IMG/VR virus record: IMGVR_UViG_3300045988_187204 | Direction: 5' to 3' (one strand) | Length of the DNA stretch: 43,880 nucleotides | Origin: a virus | Lineage: Duplodnaviria; Heunggongvirae; Uroviricota; Caudoviricetes | In this document: piece by piece, positions 9,507 through 17,203 of the stretch | Numbering within the stretch: the first letter of the stretch is position 1 | How the letters are laid out: the number at the start of each line of letters is the position of its first letter | The notes under the pieces: generated by a model | The model's input: only the letters and a program-made list of their open reading frames with translations | Databases searched by the model: none | What the model was told of the DNA's origin: nothing | Program-made: the position numbers and the translations under genes

Positions 9507-10118
9507 TTATTTCACCACCTCTATGTATCTCGAGTAATCAATCTTGGAGTGGGGATTGTGGCTGACTATCTGCACCTGATAGCCCTTGGTGCCCCATCGC
9601 CACCAGAGGAACTTGTGGCGGTAGGTGCGGCTCACGATGGTCGTCAGGCTGTCTCGAGACGAGTACTGGCACTCTCGCTTGGGGATGTCGATATGGAGGG
9701 AGAGCCATTGGTCTCGGTAGGTGTAGATGGAATCGGGGATGCCGGAACCAGCCACGGCGGCGGTCGGTTCGGGCGTGAGATAGACCGTATCGGCGGTGGT
9801 TGACGAAGCTGTGTGGATAGACTGCACATCTTTGAGCCGCACTTTGAGGTCTTTGATGAGCTTGGTATCGGCGAGGTGGAGCTTTTGCAGCTCGTCGTAT
9901 TTCGACTGAAGGGCGTTGAATATGGCGACATTGAGAGTGTCTCTCACGTTGGCATATTCAATGTCGTAGTTGAGGTTGGCAACGTTGTAGCTCTGTCGGT
10001 CGAGGTCTGCCTGAAGCTGCTCGCACTTGTTGGCGGAGTGTATGAATGCGACTGCGGTCACGATGAGCAGGGCTGCCAGAAGCTGGATGATAATCTTGGG
10101 TGTAATCTTTTTTGTCAT
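9507..10118 (-). CDS. Lysis-associated type II membrane protein (spanin-like candidate)
   Basis: ORF track 9507..10205; start refined to ATG at 10118 (MTKKITPKIIIQLLAALLIVTAVAF…); N-terminal TM anchor then coiled-coil-like region; immediately downstream of the endolysin. Confidence 0.4.
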   Translation of the reverse strand: MTKKITPKIIIQLLAALLIVTAVAFIHSANKCEQLQADLDRQSYNVANLNYDIEYANVRDTLNVAIFNALQSKYDELQKLHLADTKLIKDLKVRLKDVQSIHTASSTTADTVYLTPEPTAAVAGSGIPDSIYTYRDQWLSLHIDIPKRECQYSSRDSLTTIVSRTYRHKFLWWRWGTKGYQVQIVSHNPHSKIDYSRYIEVVK

Positions 10119-10147
10119 TGTCTTTTTGAAAATGATTGGTGAGTGAG

Positions 10148-10573
10148 TTATGCGATGTCTTTGTATTCGTCGATGGCATTGAAGCAAGGACACATCTTCT
10201 TCCATTTGGACTTGTCCTTGCCCCAGATGTCACGATGGCCCATTATCTGGGCATCTGGGAATTGTTGCTTCAGTTTGTGGAGTAGCAAAACGAGGGCGTC
10301 TTTTTGCTCTGGTGTGCGGTTGTCGATAGCCTTGCCCTTAGCGTCGATGCCACCGATATAGGCGACGTTGATGGCTGTGGAGTTGTAGCCCTGCACGCCG
10401 TTGCTCACCTTTTCGATGGCTAGGAGTTGGTGGATGCCGCCGTTTGGGGCGATGACGTAGTGATAACCTGGATTGGTCCAGCCCTTGCGGCGGAACTCTG
10501 CCTTGAGGTCGTCGATGGACTGGCTTTGCGACCCTGCGGTGCAGTGAACGAAAATGCGTTTAATCTGTCTCAT
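10148..10573 (-). CDS. N-acetylmuramoyl-L-alanine amidase (Amidase_2/PGRP-type endolysin)
   Basis: ORF track 10148..10627; start refined to ATG at 10573 (MRQIKRIFVHCTAG…); motifs IFVHCTAG, GYHYVI, MGHRD typical of T7-lysozyme-like zinc amidases. Confidence 0.8.
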   Translation of the reverse strand: MRQIKRIFVHCTAGSQSQSIDDLKAEFRRKGWTNPGYHYVIAPNGGIHQLLAIEKVSNGVQGYNSTAINVAYIGGIDAKGKAIDNRTPEQKDALVLLLHKLKQQFPDAQIMGHRDIWGKDKSKWKKMCPCFNAIDEYKDIA

Positions 10574-10814
10574 TATTTTGCTTGTTATGATTGAACAATT
10601 TGTTTTTGATGTTGTTGAACTTGGCATCGATGGCGATGGCTACGCCGAAGATGGAGCCGGCATACATGAGCGACTGGGCAAAGTACCAGAGCACATTGTC
10701 GGTGACATCACGAGCCTGGGAGGTGAAGTAACTGATGTAAACCAGTATGATGGCGAGGAGGAGCACGGCGATGGCTGAGCCGTATTGTATCCATTCTTTA
10801 GTATTTCTCTGCAT
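10560..10814 (-). CDS. Holin candidate (two TM segments)
   Basis: ORF track 10560..10844; start refined to ATG at 10814 (MQRNTKEWIQYGSAIAVLLLAIILVYISYF…LMYAGSIFGVAIAIDA…); overlaps the endolysin start. Confidence 0.55.
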   Translation of the reverse strand: MQRNTKEWIQYGSAIAVLLLAIILVYISYFTSQARDVTDNVLWYFAQSLMYAGSIFGVAIAIDAKFNNIKNKLFNHNKQNNETD

Positions 10815-10841
10815 GGTGAATCTTGTTTTTGTTTTACAGTG

Positions 10842-10849
10842 CAAAGATA
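10842..10849 (-). promoter_or_regulatory. Putative -7 promoter element (TATCTTTG on - strand) for the lysis cassette
   Basis: + strand GTGCAAAGATA; same extended motif recurs upstream of many - strand genes (20700, 26063, 28748, 37676, 38817). Confidence 0.35.
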
Positions 10850-10861
10850 AGAAGGGTAGGG

Positions 10862-10901
10862 TGATAATAAAAATACGAGACCGCCCTAACGATCTCGTAT
10901 T
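10862..10901 (-). terminator. Intrinsic terminator (- strand) after the gene ending at 10915
   Basis: Stem AATACGAGACCG / CGATCTCGTATT (11 of 12 bp, same stem sequence as the 8371 hairpin), then U-rich tract on the - strand. Confidence 0.45.
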
Positions 10902-10914
10902 ATATGTTTAACTG

Positions 10915-11322
10915 TTAGACCTCTCTTGAGAGAATCTCCTTGGCTATCTCTTTGGCCTCTTTGCGCCACGACTGATAAGCCTCGAACTCTGCCTCGTGAG
11001 TCTCGTCGCCATCGCCACGGTTGGCTAGGATGGCCTCTACCTGGTTTTGGCTGTATCGGGTGCGAACCAAACCAGCGGTGAAATCGTCGTAGGTGGCTGC
11101 GGTCGCCTGAATCTTGGTCGAGCCATCAGGCTCTGTGCCCTCATAGCTGTAAGCAGTGACACCCTCGGAGTTTTCATCTTCTGACTGCTCTGAGGTATCG
11201 GAAGAGCCTGTAGCGGCCTCAGGGTGATAGTTTTCAACTTTCTGCTCACCAGTGTAGAGCAGATAATGGTTATCGTCATATTTGACGAAGCTCTTGCGAG
11301 CTAGATAATACTTCTTGTTCAT
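10915..11322 (-). CDS. Hypothetical acidic protein downstream of the DGR reverse transcriptase
   Basis: 135-aa ORF, D/E/S/T-rich (…SSDTSEQSEDENSEGVTAYSYEGTEPDGS…); 6-nt spacing from the RT stop suggests co-transcription. Confidence 0.45.
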   Translation of the reverse strand: MNKKYYLARKSFVKYDDNHYLLYTGEQKVENYHPEAATGSSDTSEQSEDENSEGVTAYSYEGTEPDGSTKIQATAATYDDFTAGLVRTRYSQNQVEAILANRGDGDETHEAEFEAYQSWRKEAKEIAKEILSREV

Positions 11323-11328
11323 AATTGA

Positions 11329-12972
11329 TCACGTGAATTTATAGAACTTCTTTTTGAATTTATTGTGAAGCTCTGCGACCACGGTGGAGAAGGGTAGCTC
11401 ATCACGACAGAAGTCGTTGAGGGCTTGGTCTATCAAGATCTTGGAGCCTGTATAGAGGTAGTGCTCCAGAGGTTGCCATACCTCGGTGCCGTCTGGCTCC
11501 AGGTGGTCGATGATGCGATAGCGTAGGGAGAGGCGCTTCTTGGGCACCTCTTTGGTGACCATGTGGGTGGAGCCGTCCGGGGCGGTCTCCTCTTGCTGGA
11601 TGGTCTCCTTCTCTATCACCGAGTCATCGACCTTGTAGTCTATCACTTGAACGAGGAACTTGTTCTCGTCCTGACCCTCACGGCAGATGATGTCCTCGAT
11701 GGACTGCTGCTGTGATTTCTCCATACCGTCAAAAGGCACGCGCGCACGGCGAGCCTTGACGAGTTTACCGAATCTTTCCATACCGATTTTCTTATATAAG
11801 TTTTTAGAGTTTGCGTGGATGCCCAGACCTAGGCGAGAGGCTGCCTTGAGCTGTATCTGGCGGTCTGTGAAGCCCGCCTTGCGTAAGTTGGCGATCTGTC
11901 TGCAGAGGTCGTGCTTGAACCGCTTGCGCAACAGGGCGTGGTCGGCGTAGATGATCTGACCGCAGAAGTCGATGCCATCGCAGGTGCGGTGGATACCCCA
12001 AGACTTATTGATGGATAGGTGCCAGTCACGGGCGAGGTGCATCACGGCAAGCTCTGCCATCAGCCTGAGGAACACCTTATCCTCGTGGAGGATGTAGATG
12101 TTGTCCATGAAGCGGTAATAATGGCGAAGACCTTGGCGGCAGAAGCGCTCGAACCTATCGTTGAGCGACTTCACTCCCCCGCATAGCAGTTGAGCTTGCT
12201 GCTGAGTGCGACAGGTAACGAGCATGTCGATCACGTAGCGAGCCTGCCAGTAACGGAACTTGTCGGTGTCTTGGAGAATGTCGAAGCATCGGAGTGCCAG
12301 GTAATCGAAGCGGGCGAGGAAGAGCTGACCCAAGAGTTGGGCGAGCTTGACGCCGAGCACGATGCCTGGATTGAAGCTATCGACCACCTCGTCGATGAAG
12401 GCGAGGAGCTTGCGGTCTTTGATCTTGCGGCGATATTCACTTTTGAGAAGAGCGTGGTCTATGCTCTGAAAATAATGGTGAATATCCATGGGCAAGCAGT
12501 AGAAGGTATCTTGCTGTGGCGAGTTGAAGATGTCTCGCTTGACAAGATTATAGAAATAATGGGTGCCCTTGCCCTTGGAACCAGCCGGACTGTGGCTGTA
12601 GAGTGTCTTGCGAAGGTTATCCTCTACAGGTTGCAGGGCAGCGTGCTGGATGACGTGGTCGATAACGGGCAGCTTGTTGACTTGGCGATGTTTTGGATAG
12701 TCGATATCTTTGGCGACATAGGCTGAGGTATGCCAAGTTTGTTGGGTGTAAGCATCGAGCATGCGTCCGATGTTATGGTCTAGGTTTGCCTCGAATTTTT
12801 GGACCGCACGGCGAGACATCTTTTGTCGGGCGTAGTCATAGAATGCCCGACGAAAGTTGTCTAGTGTCTCGACCTGTGGCGATATGTTGCCAAACCTTTT
12901 CATAAGCGGTGTAATGTCTGTGTTGAACGGTGTATAAACTGTGTATAGTCTGAATCGTCTGCTTTTGTACAC
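11329..12972 (-). CDS. Reverse transcriptase of a diversity-generating retroelement
   Basis: RT-like motifs in order: YFQSIDH (motif 2-like), GIVLGVKLAQLLGQLF (motif 4 with the DGR-typical [I/L]Gxxx[S/A]Q in place of QGxxxSP), RFMDNIYIL (motif C position), GIDFCGQII (motif 7-like); TR lies 140 bp upstream. Track start at 12972 is GTG; first in-frame ATG is at 12903. Confidence 0.85.
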   Translation of the reverse strand: MYKSRRFRLYTVYTPFNTDITPLMKRFGNISPQVETLDNFRRAFYDYARQKMSRRAVQKFEANLDHNIGRMLDAYTQQTWHTSAYVAKDIDYPKHRQVNKLPVIDHVIQHAALQPVEDNLRKTLYSHSPAGSKGKGTHYFYNLVKRDIFNSPQQDTFYCLPMDIHHYFQSIDHALLKSEYRRKIKDRKLLAFIDEVVDSFNPGIVLGVKLAQLLGQLFLARFDYLALRCFDILQDTDKFRYWQARYVIDMLVTCRTQQQAQLLCGGVKSLNDRFERFCRQGLRHYYRFMDNIYILHEDKVFLRLMAELAVMHLARDWHLSINKSWGIHRTCDGIDFCGQIIYADHALLRKRFKHDLCRQIANLRKAGFTDRQIQLKAASRLGLGIHANSKNLYKKIGMERFGKLVKARRARVPFDGMEKSQQQSIEDIICREGQDENKFLVQVIDYKVDDSVIEKETIQQEETAPDGSTHMVTKEVPKKRLSLRYRIIDHLEPDGTEVWQPLEHYLYTGSKILIDQALNDFCRDELPFSTVVAELHNKFKKKFYKFT

Positions 12973-13111
12973 TTGATAACCTTCGACCGGATGACCGTGT
13001 TGTCATCATCTACCAGCTGTCTTATTAATGTGTATGTATCGCCATGGGGCGAGGATTGACCCTGTAATCTCGAAGTGGGAGCAAACGACCCACGAAGAGA
13101 TATGTCTGTAA

Positions 13112-13233
13112 GTTGAGGGCGGCGCCGTAGTTCACATTGGCATTCGAGACAGCATTGTTCACGTTGAGCGTCGAAAGACCGCATTGACCACCATTGTTAG
13201 CGTTAGCACCACGAAGGCAGACACGAAAACCGG
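13112..13233 (-). repeat. DGR template repeat (TR)
   Basis: About 122 bp matching 13523-13644; across 13115-13233 all 12 differences are at TR adenines (sense strand), 0 of 97 non-adenine positions differ. Confidence 0.9.
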
Positions 13234-13267
13234 CACCTAGGGTCACACCCTGGTATCATAACCGCCG

Positions 13268-13275
13268 CAAAGGTA
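13268..13275 (-). promoter_or_regulatory. Putative -7 promoter element (TACCTTTG on - strand) upstream of TR-RT
   Basis: + strand CAAAGGTA at 13268-13275, about 35 nt upstream (- strand sense) of the TR. Confidence 0.35.
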
Positions 13276-13471
13276 ATAAAAATAATCGGTATGGAAGCAT
13301 GTCAAAGAGCTTTTTTGATGTTTTTATTGATATTTTTTTTGTCGCCGACCGCCACAGGCGGTAACTTAAGGCGAGCTACGCTCGCTGGGTGCTTCGGCTT
13401 CGCCGAGGGTGCTCAGGTCTCTTTTGCACACCCAGTAAACCGATGCACACCCAGCAAACTGATGTAGTCTT

Positions 13472-14944
13472 TTAGGCCGCCTCGTAATACACGGGTTCAA
13501 CGGACCACTCGGATGCTGCTTCGCAGAGGGCGGCGCCGAAGTCCACATTGGCATACGAGACAGCAAAGCTCACGTAGAGCGTCGAAAGACCGCACCGACC
13601 ACCACTGCAAGCGTTAGCACCACGAAGGCAGACACGAAAACCGGATGTAGCGCCGCTAGTATTCCAGAAATAGCTAGTCCAATAGGTTGACTCGGATGCG
13701 CCCGTGGCGGTCGGGAAGTTCTCCAGATGCTCCATCGAGAGCGTCTTGATAAAGCCTTCGCCCTTGGTCGGCGAGGTGCTGTAAGCCACCATGCCATCGG
13801 CGGAACCTATCGTCCACGTGCCGTAGATGGACGGTGCCACGAGATGGGTCACGGAAGTGTCCTCGTTGCAACGCACCTGCTCGTCATCCATGTGTCGCCA
13901 CAATAAGCCGAAGCCATTTTTGTAGCCGAAGAAGGATGGTATCTTGGCGGTATAGACCACGGTGCCATCGTCTTTTTTGACCTCGTAGCTCGCCTCGCCG
14001 CAAGCGTCGCCCAGCTCGATGCCGGCAGACATCGGCACGATAGGGCGATAGCCGTTGTAACCACCCCAATCAGGCATCTGTGTCACGCCAGCTCCGAGAC
14101 CACCCTGGTAGAGACCGTTGGCATCTTTTTGGCTGTTGATGGCATCCTGGTCGTAGTGGGTGCCGAAGATGACCCCGAAGAGCACGGCGATGGCAGAGGT
14201 GTGGCGCATGGTGGTGCAGAGCCAGCCTGTACCATTCTTGCGGGCTGCGGCACGCCAGTATTCGGTAGTCTGGTTGGTGGCAGCCTTGCCCAGCATGGTG
14301 CGGTTGGTGTTATCTAACGTTGAGTCGTTGTTGCCGCCTCGGTAGTCTGTGCCCTCGTTGATGTAGCTCACCAGCTTGCCTGTGCTGCGCTCTAGCGTGG
14401 CGAAGCCAGCGGCGGAGATGCTGCCCACAGGTATCTTGTAGTTGTACTCGCCAGGTATTGGCGTAGGGCTGACCATCTCGTAATGGAGTCTGCCCACGGT
14501 CTTGATGACCATGTACCACTCCTTGCCCCAGCCCCACTGGTAATGCCCCTCTGAGCCATCGAGCTTGGCTGTCTCGCCGGTGGCATACTTGTGGTGGTCT
14601 TTGGAGTCGAGCTTGCGACGGGAGTGGTCATTCTTGACCAGATAACAGCCCAGACCCAGCTCCGTTGGTAGGGTCTGCAGTAACTCTAGCGAGCCCACAT
14701 AAGTGGCGGCTTTAGGGGTTGCATTGTCGAGGTTCCACACTCGACCACACCAAGGATGCTGTCCCATTTGGACGGCGCTTTTGAGCGACATCTGCTCAGA
14801 CCTGCCGGATTTTTTGTCGAAGACCTCGACAATCTTGTCAGTGGCGCTCATGTCTGACTGTGGGAGGTCGTCAACCTGTTGACCTCCATCGAAAGCGGCT
14901 ATGATAGCCTTGAGCTTACTCTCTTCTTCTGATGTTAATGCCAT
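13472..14944 (-). CDS. DGR target (variable) protein; C-terminal variable region, likely receptor-binding virion protein
   Basis: ORF track 13472..14992; start refined to ATG at 14944 (MALTSEEESK…); C-terminus …GFRVCLRGANACSGGRCGLSTLYVSFAVSYANVDFGAA… is the VR (TR encodes …GFRVCLRGANANNGGQCGLSTLNVNNAVSNANVNYGAA…); C-lectin/FGE-like fold is inferred, not shown. Confidence 0.85.
   Translation of the reverse strand: MALTSEEESKLKAIIAAFDGGQQVDDLPQSDMSATDKIVEVFDKKSGRSEQMSLKSAVQMGQHPWCGRVWNLDNATPKAATYVGSLELLQTLPTELGLGCYLVKNDHSRRKLDSKDHHKYATGETAKLDGSEGHYQWGWGKEWYMVIKTVGRLHYEMVSPTPIPGEYNYKIPVGSISAAGFATLERSTGKLVSYINEGTDYRGGNNDSTLDNTNRTMLGKAATNQTTEYWRAAARKNGTGWLCTTMRHTSAIAVLFGVIFGTHYDQDAINSQKDANGLYQGGLGAGVTQMPDWGGYNGYRPIVPMSAGIELGDACGEASYEVKKDDGTVVYTAKIPSFFGYKNGFGLLWRHMDDEQVRCNEDTSVTHLVAPSIYGTWTIGSADGMVAYSTSPTKGEGFIKTLSMEHLENFPTATGASESTYWTSYFWNTSGATSGFRVCLRGANACSGGRCGLSTLYVSFAVSYANVDFGAALCEAASEWSVEPVYYEAA
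13523..13644 (-). repeat. DGR variable repeat (VR) inside the 3' end of the target gene
   Basis: Direct alignment with the TR (offset 411 bp); ends 17 codons before the stop at 13472. Confidence 0.9.
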
Positions 14945-14966
14945 AATAAAAATTATATTTAATCGA

Positions 14967-15731
14967 TTAAACAATGCGTAATTTATCACCAACTTTTCTA
15001 AGCTTGCCCGATGCCGACAGGCGAAGGCGAGGCTGGCGCACGGTGATGCTGACCTCTTGCCAGAGCGGTGTGTTGGCGGTGGGGATGACCCAGAACTTGG
15101 TGGTGCCCTCGCCCTTGATGATGAGGTTGCCGCTTGGGTCTGCCACGAGCGAGTCGCCCTCGGCTCGCTGGAAGAGCACGCTCTGAGGGAGGTAGCTCGG
15201 CAGGATCTGCACGGCGATGCGCTGAGCCACCTTGTTGCGTAGGCTTATCTCGGGGAGATAGGTCAGGTTCATGCGAGCTGGCGCGATGAAGCCTGTGGTT
15301 ATCTGAGCGGCGAGACCATCCATCTGCGCTATCTTGGCATCGGCTCGCTTGGATGCCGCGTCAGCCTCTGCAGCCTTGGTCTCTGCCAAGGCTGCCTGTG
15401 ATGCTGCAGCCTCGCCCTGCTCGCCAGCCGCCTTGGCTGCGCTCTGGGCGAGGTTAGCCGCCTTGTTGGCATCGTCGGCCGCACCCTGCGCTCTGACGGT
15501 CGGTGTCTTGTCGAGCCACAAGCGCCACTTGGCGTTGGTATCTGAAGGAGTCGTCGTGTTGCCATCCTCTAGGGAGGCGAAGACTCCTGACGATGTGTGA
15601 ACGATGTCGCCCTCGTCGTAGCCCTTGACGGTCTGGCCATCCTCATCTTGATAGGAGTAGCCCGACTGCCAGGTGCCCTGGTCGGTGAAGGCGACATTGC
15701 CCACGATAATGATGTTTGTGTTATCTGCCAT
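14967..15731 (-). CDS. Virion protein in the tail-fibre cluster (Ala/Gln-rich central segment), function unassigned
   Basis: 254-aa ORF, ATG at 15731; immediately upstream of the DGR target gene. Confidence 0.45.
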   Translation of the reverse strand: MADNTNIIIVGNVAFTDQGTWQSGYSYQDEDGQTVKGYDEGDIVHTSSGVFASLEDGNTTTPSDTNAKWRLWLDKTPTVRAQGAADDANKAANLAQSAAKAAGEQGEAAASQAALAETKAAEADAASKRADAKIAQMDGLAAQITTGFIAPARMNLTYLPEISLRNKVAQRIAVQILPSYLPQSVLFQRAEGDSLVADPSGNLIIKGEGTTKFWVIPTANTPLWQEVSITVRQPRLRLSASGKLRKVGDKLRIV

Positions 15732-15737
15732 AATGAT

Positions 15738-16580
15738 TTATACTTTAATGACTAACTTGTTTCTGCGCTTGACAACGTGTTCAGCGACATGACTGCCGTA
15801 GTCGATCATGAGGAGTTTGTTGCGCCGTTGACGGAACGCCGGATACATGGCACCGCCTCGGGCGATGACTCCTGTATCGACATAGGTGTGCTTGGAGAGA
15901 TCCCACTGCCACCAGTTGCCGTTGTCGCCCATCTTGGGTGGATGGTCGTTGAGCTCCTGGGCTAGGTTGGTCTGCTTCTCGCTCTCGGTGAGGGCTGTGA
16001 GCGTATCATCGATGCGCTTGTTCTCGGCGGTGACACGACCCGCCTCGGCGGCTATGCGAGCATTTTCGGCTGTCGCTCGCTTGGTCTCTGAATCCATGCG
16101 AGCTTGCTCTTGGGACTGTCGGGTCTGCTCGGCAGCTTGTCTCTTGGCCTCGTTGCTCTCAATGGCAGCCTTGGAAGAGAGCGTGGCTTCGGTCGCCTGT
16201 TTGGCAGCCTCGGTCTGCGACTTGCTGGCACTGACCGCATCCTCTACCTTTTTGCGTTCGGCGGTGAGGTCAGTTGTCGCCTTGTTGACGCTAGCCGCCG
16301 CATCGTTGGCTTTGCCTGCTGCGGTGTTGGCCTCCTCTGTCGCCTGTTTCGCCTCCTCGATGCGGATATCCACATCTTTAGTCAAGAGTGACAGCGGTGC
16401 GATGACTTGCTTTTGCACACCGTCTTTGCTGTAGAGGGCGGGCATCGTACTGATGCCATCGAGCGAGGTGGCGAGCTCGCAAGAGAAGATGTTCTTGCTG
16501 TGCCGCTGTAGATATTCGTTGAACTTAGGTAAGAGCCGGGCGCATAGCGCCTCGAACTCTGTGTCATTCTCTATGCCCAT
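15738..16580 (-). CDS. Coiled-coil virion protein (tail-fibre-associated candidate)
   Basis: 280-aa ORF, ATG at 16580; long A/E/K/Q-rich heptad-like region. Confidence 0.45.
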   Translation of the reverse strand: MGIENDTEFEALCARLLPKFNEYLQRHSKNIFSCELATSLDGISTMPALYSKDGVQKQVIAPLSLLTKDVDIRIEEAKQATEEANTAAGKANDAAASVNKATTDLTAERKKVEDAVSASKSQTEAAKQATEATLSSKAAIESNEAKRQAAEQTRQSQEQARMDSETKRATAENARIAAEAGRVTAENKRIDDTLTALTESEKQTNLAQELNDHPPKMGDNGNWWQWDLSKHTYVDTGVIARGGAMYPAFRQRRNKLLMIDYGSHVAEHVVKRRNKLVIKV

Positions 16581-16583
16581 AGG

Positions 16584-16880
16584 CTATGATTTTAAGATGT
16601 CCTGTTTCCACTCGGCAATCTTGGCGAAGACAGCCCCTGCCTCTTCATCGCTCAGCACGGCAGTGTTGATGCGACATGAGAGGTTGGTATCCATAAAGCT
16701 GATGTATCCAGCACCGCTCTCGGAGGCTGGTGCATCATCTTTGGACTCTGTACGTTTATAGACCTCACCGGAAAAAGAGACCTTGTCATCTCGCTTTGTC
16801 TTGGTGAACTTGACGAAAACGCCTGTAACAACCTCAATCTCCTGGATGTCGGTTGTCGTAACTGTTGACTCTACCTTCAT
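16584..16880 (-). CDS. Hypothetical small phage protein
   Basis: 98-aa ORF, ATG at 16880, tightly packed in the structural operon. Confidence 0.4.
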   Translation of the reverse strand: MKVESTVTTTDIQEIEVVTGVFVKFTKTKRDDKVSFSGEVYKRTESKDDAPASESGAGYISFMDTNLSCRINTAVLSDEEAGAVFAKIAEWKQDILKS

Positions 16881-16882
16881 AA

Positions 16883-17185
16883 TTAATCTTGCTCTATTAG
16901 TTTAACAATCTGACAATATACCCCTGGCACCAAGGAAGCCTTGGCGACCTCTTTGATCATGGTTAAGTCTTCGGTCGTACACTCGACCTCACTTGGTTTA
17001 GTGTGCATCTGCACACTCAGGTTGTAGGCTCTCTTAAGAGACTCATCATCAGCCTTGACGCTGTTATTGCTTCCGTTGAACAGATGAAGTCCGAGCACCT
17101 CATTCATCATCTGAGGCTGTCCGTTGCTGTCTGTCATCACCCCGCCCCTGTAGTTACGGATGGCGACCTTAAAATTTCTTTTCAT
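16883..17185 (-). CDS. Hypothetical small phage protein
   Basis: 100-aa ORF, ATG at 17185. Confidence 0.4.
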   Translation of the reverse strand: MKRNFKVAIRNYRGGVMTDSNGQPQMMNEVLGLHLFNGSNNSVKADDESLKRAYNLSVQMHTKPSEVECTTEDLTMIKEVAKASLVPGVYCQIVKLIEQD

Positions 17186-17203
17186 ATCTGTCTAAGTTTA
17201 AAA

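Noticed and set aside
13025-13246. ORF-track entry translating to MTLGAGFRVCLRGANANNGGQCGLSTLNVNNAVSNANVNYGAA…
   Set aside because: This is the DGR template repeat read in the target frame; it starts at GTG, has no independent gene context and exists because the TR copies the VR-coding sequence.
13366-13871. Several short ORFs (13366..13566, 13570..13797, 13674..13871) overlapping the VR and 3' end of the target gene
   Set aside because: Alternative frames nested inside the well-supported target gene; no start context or motifs.
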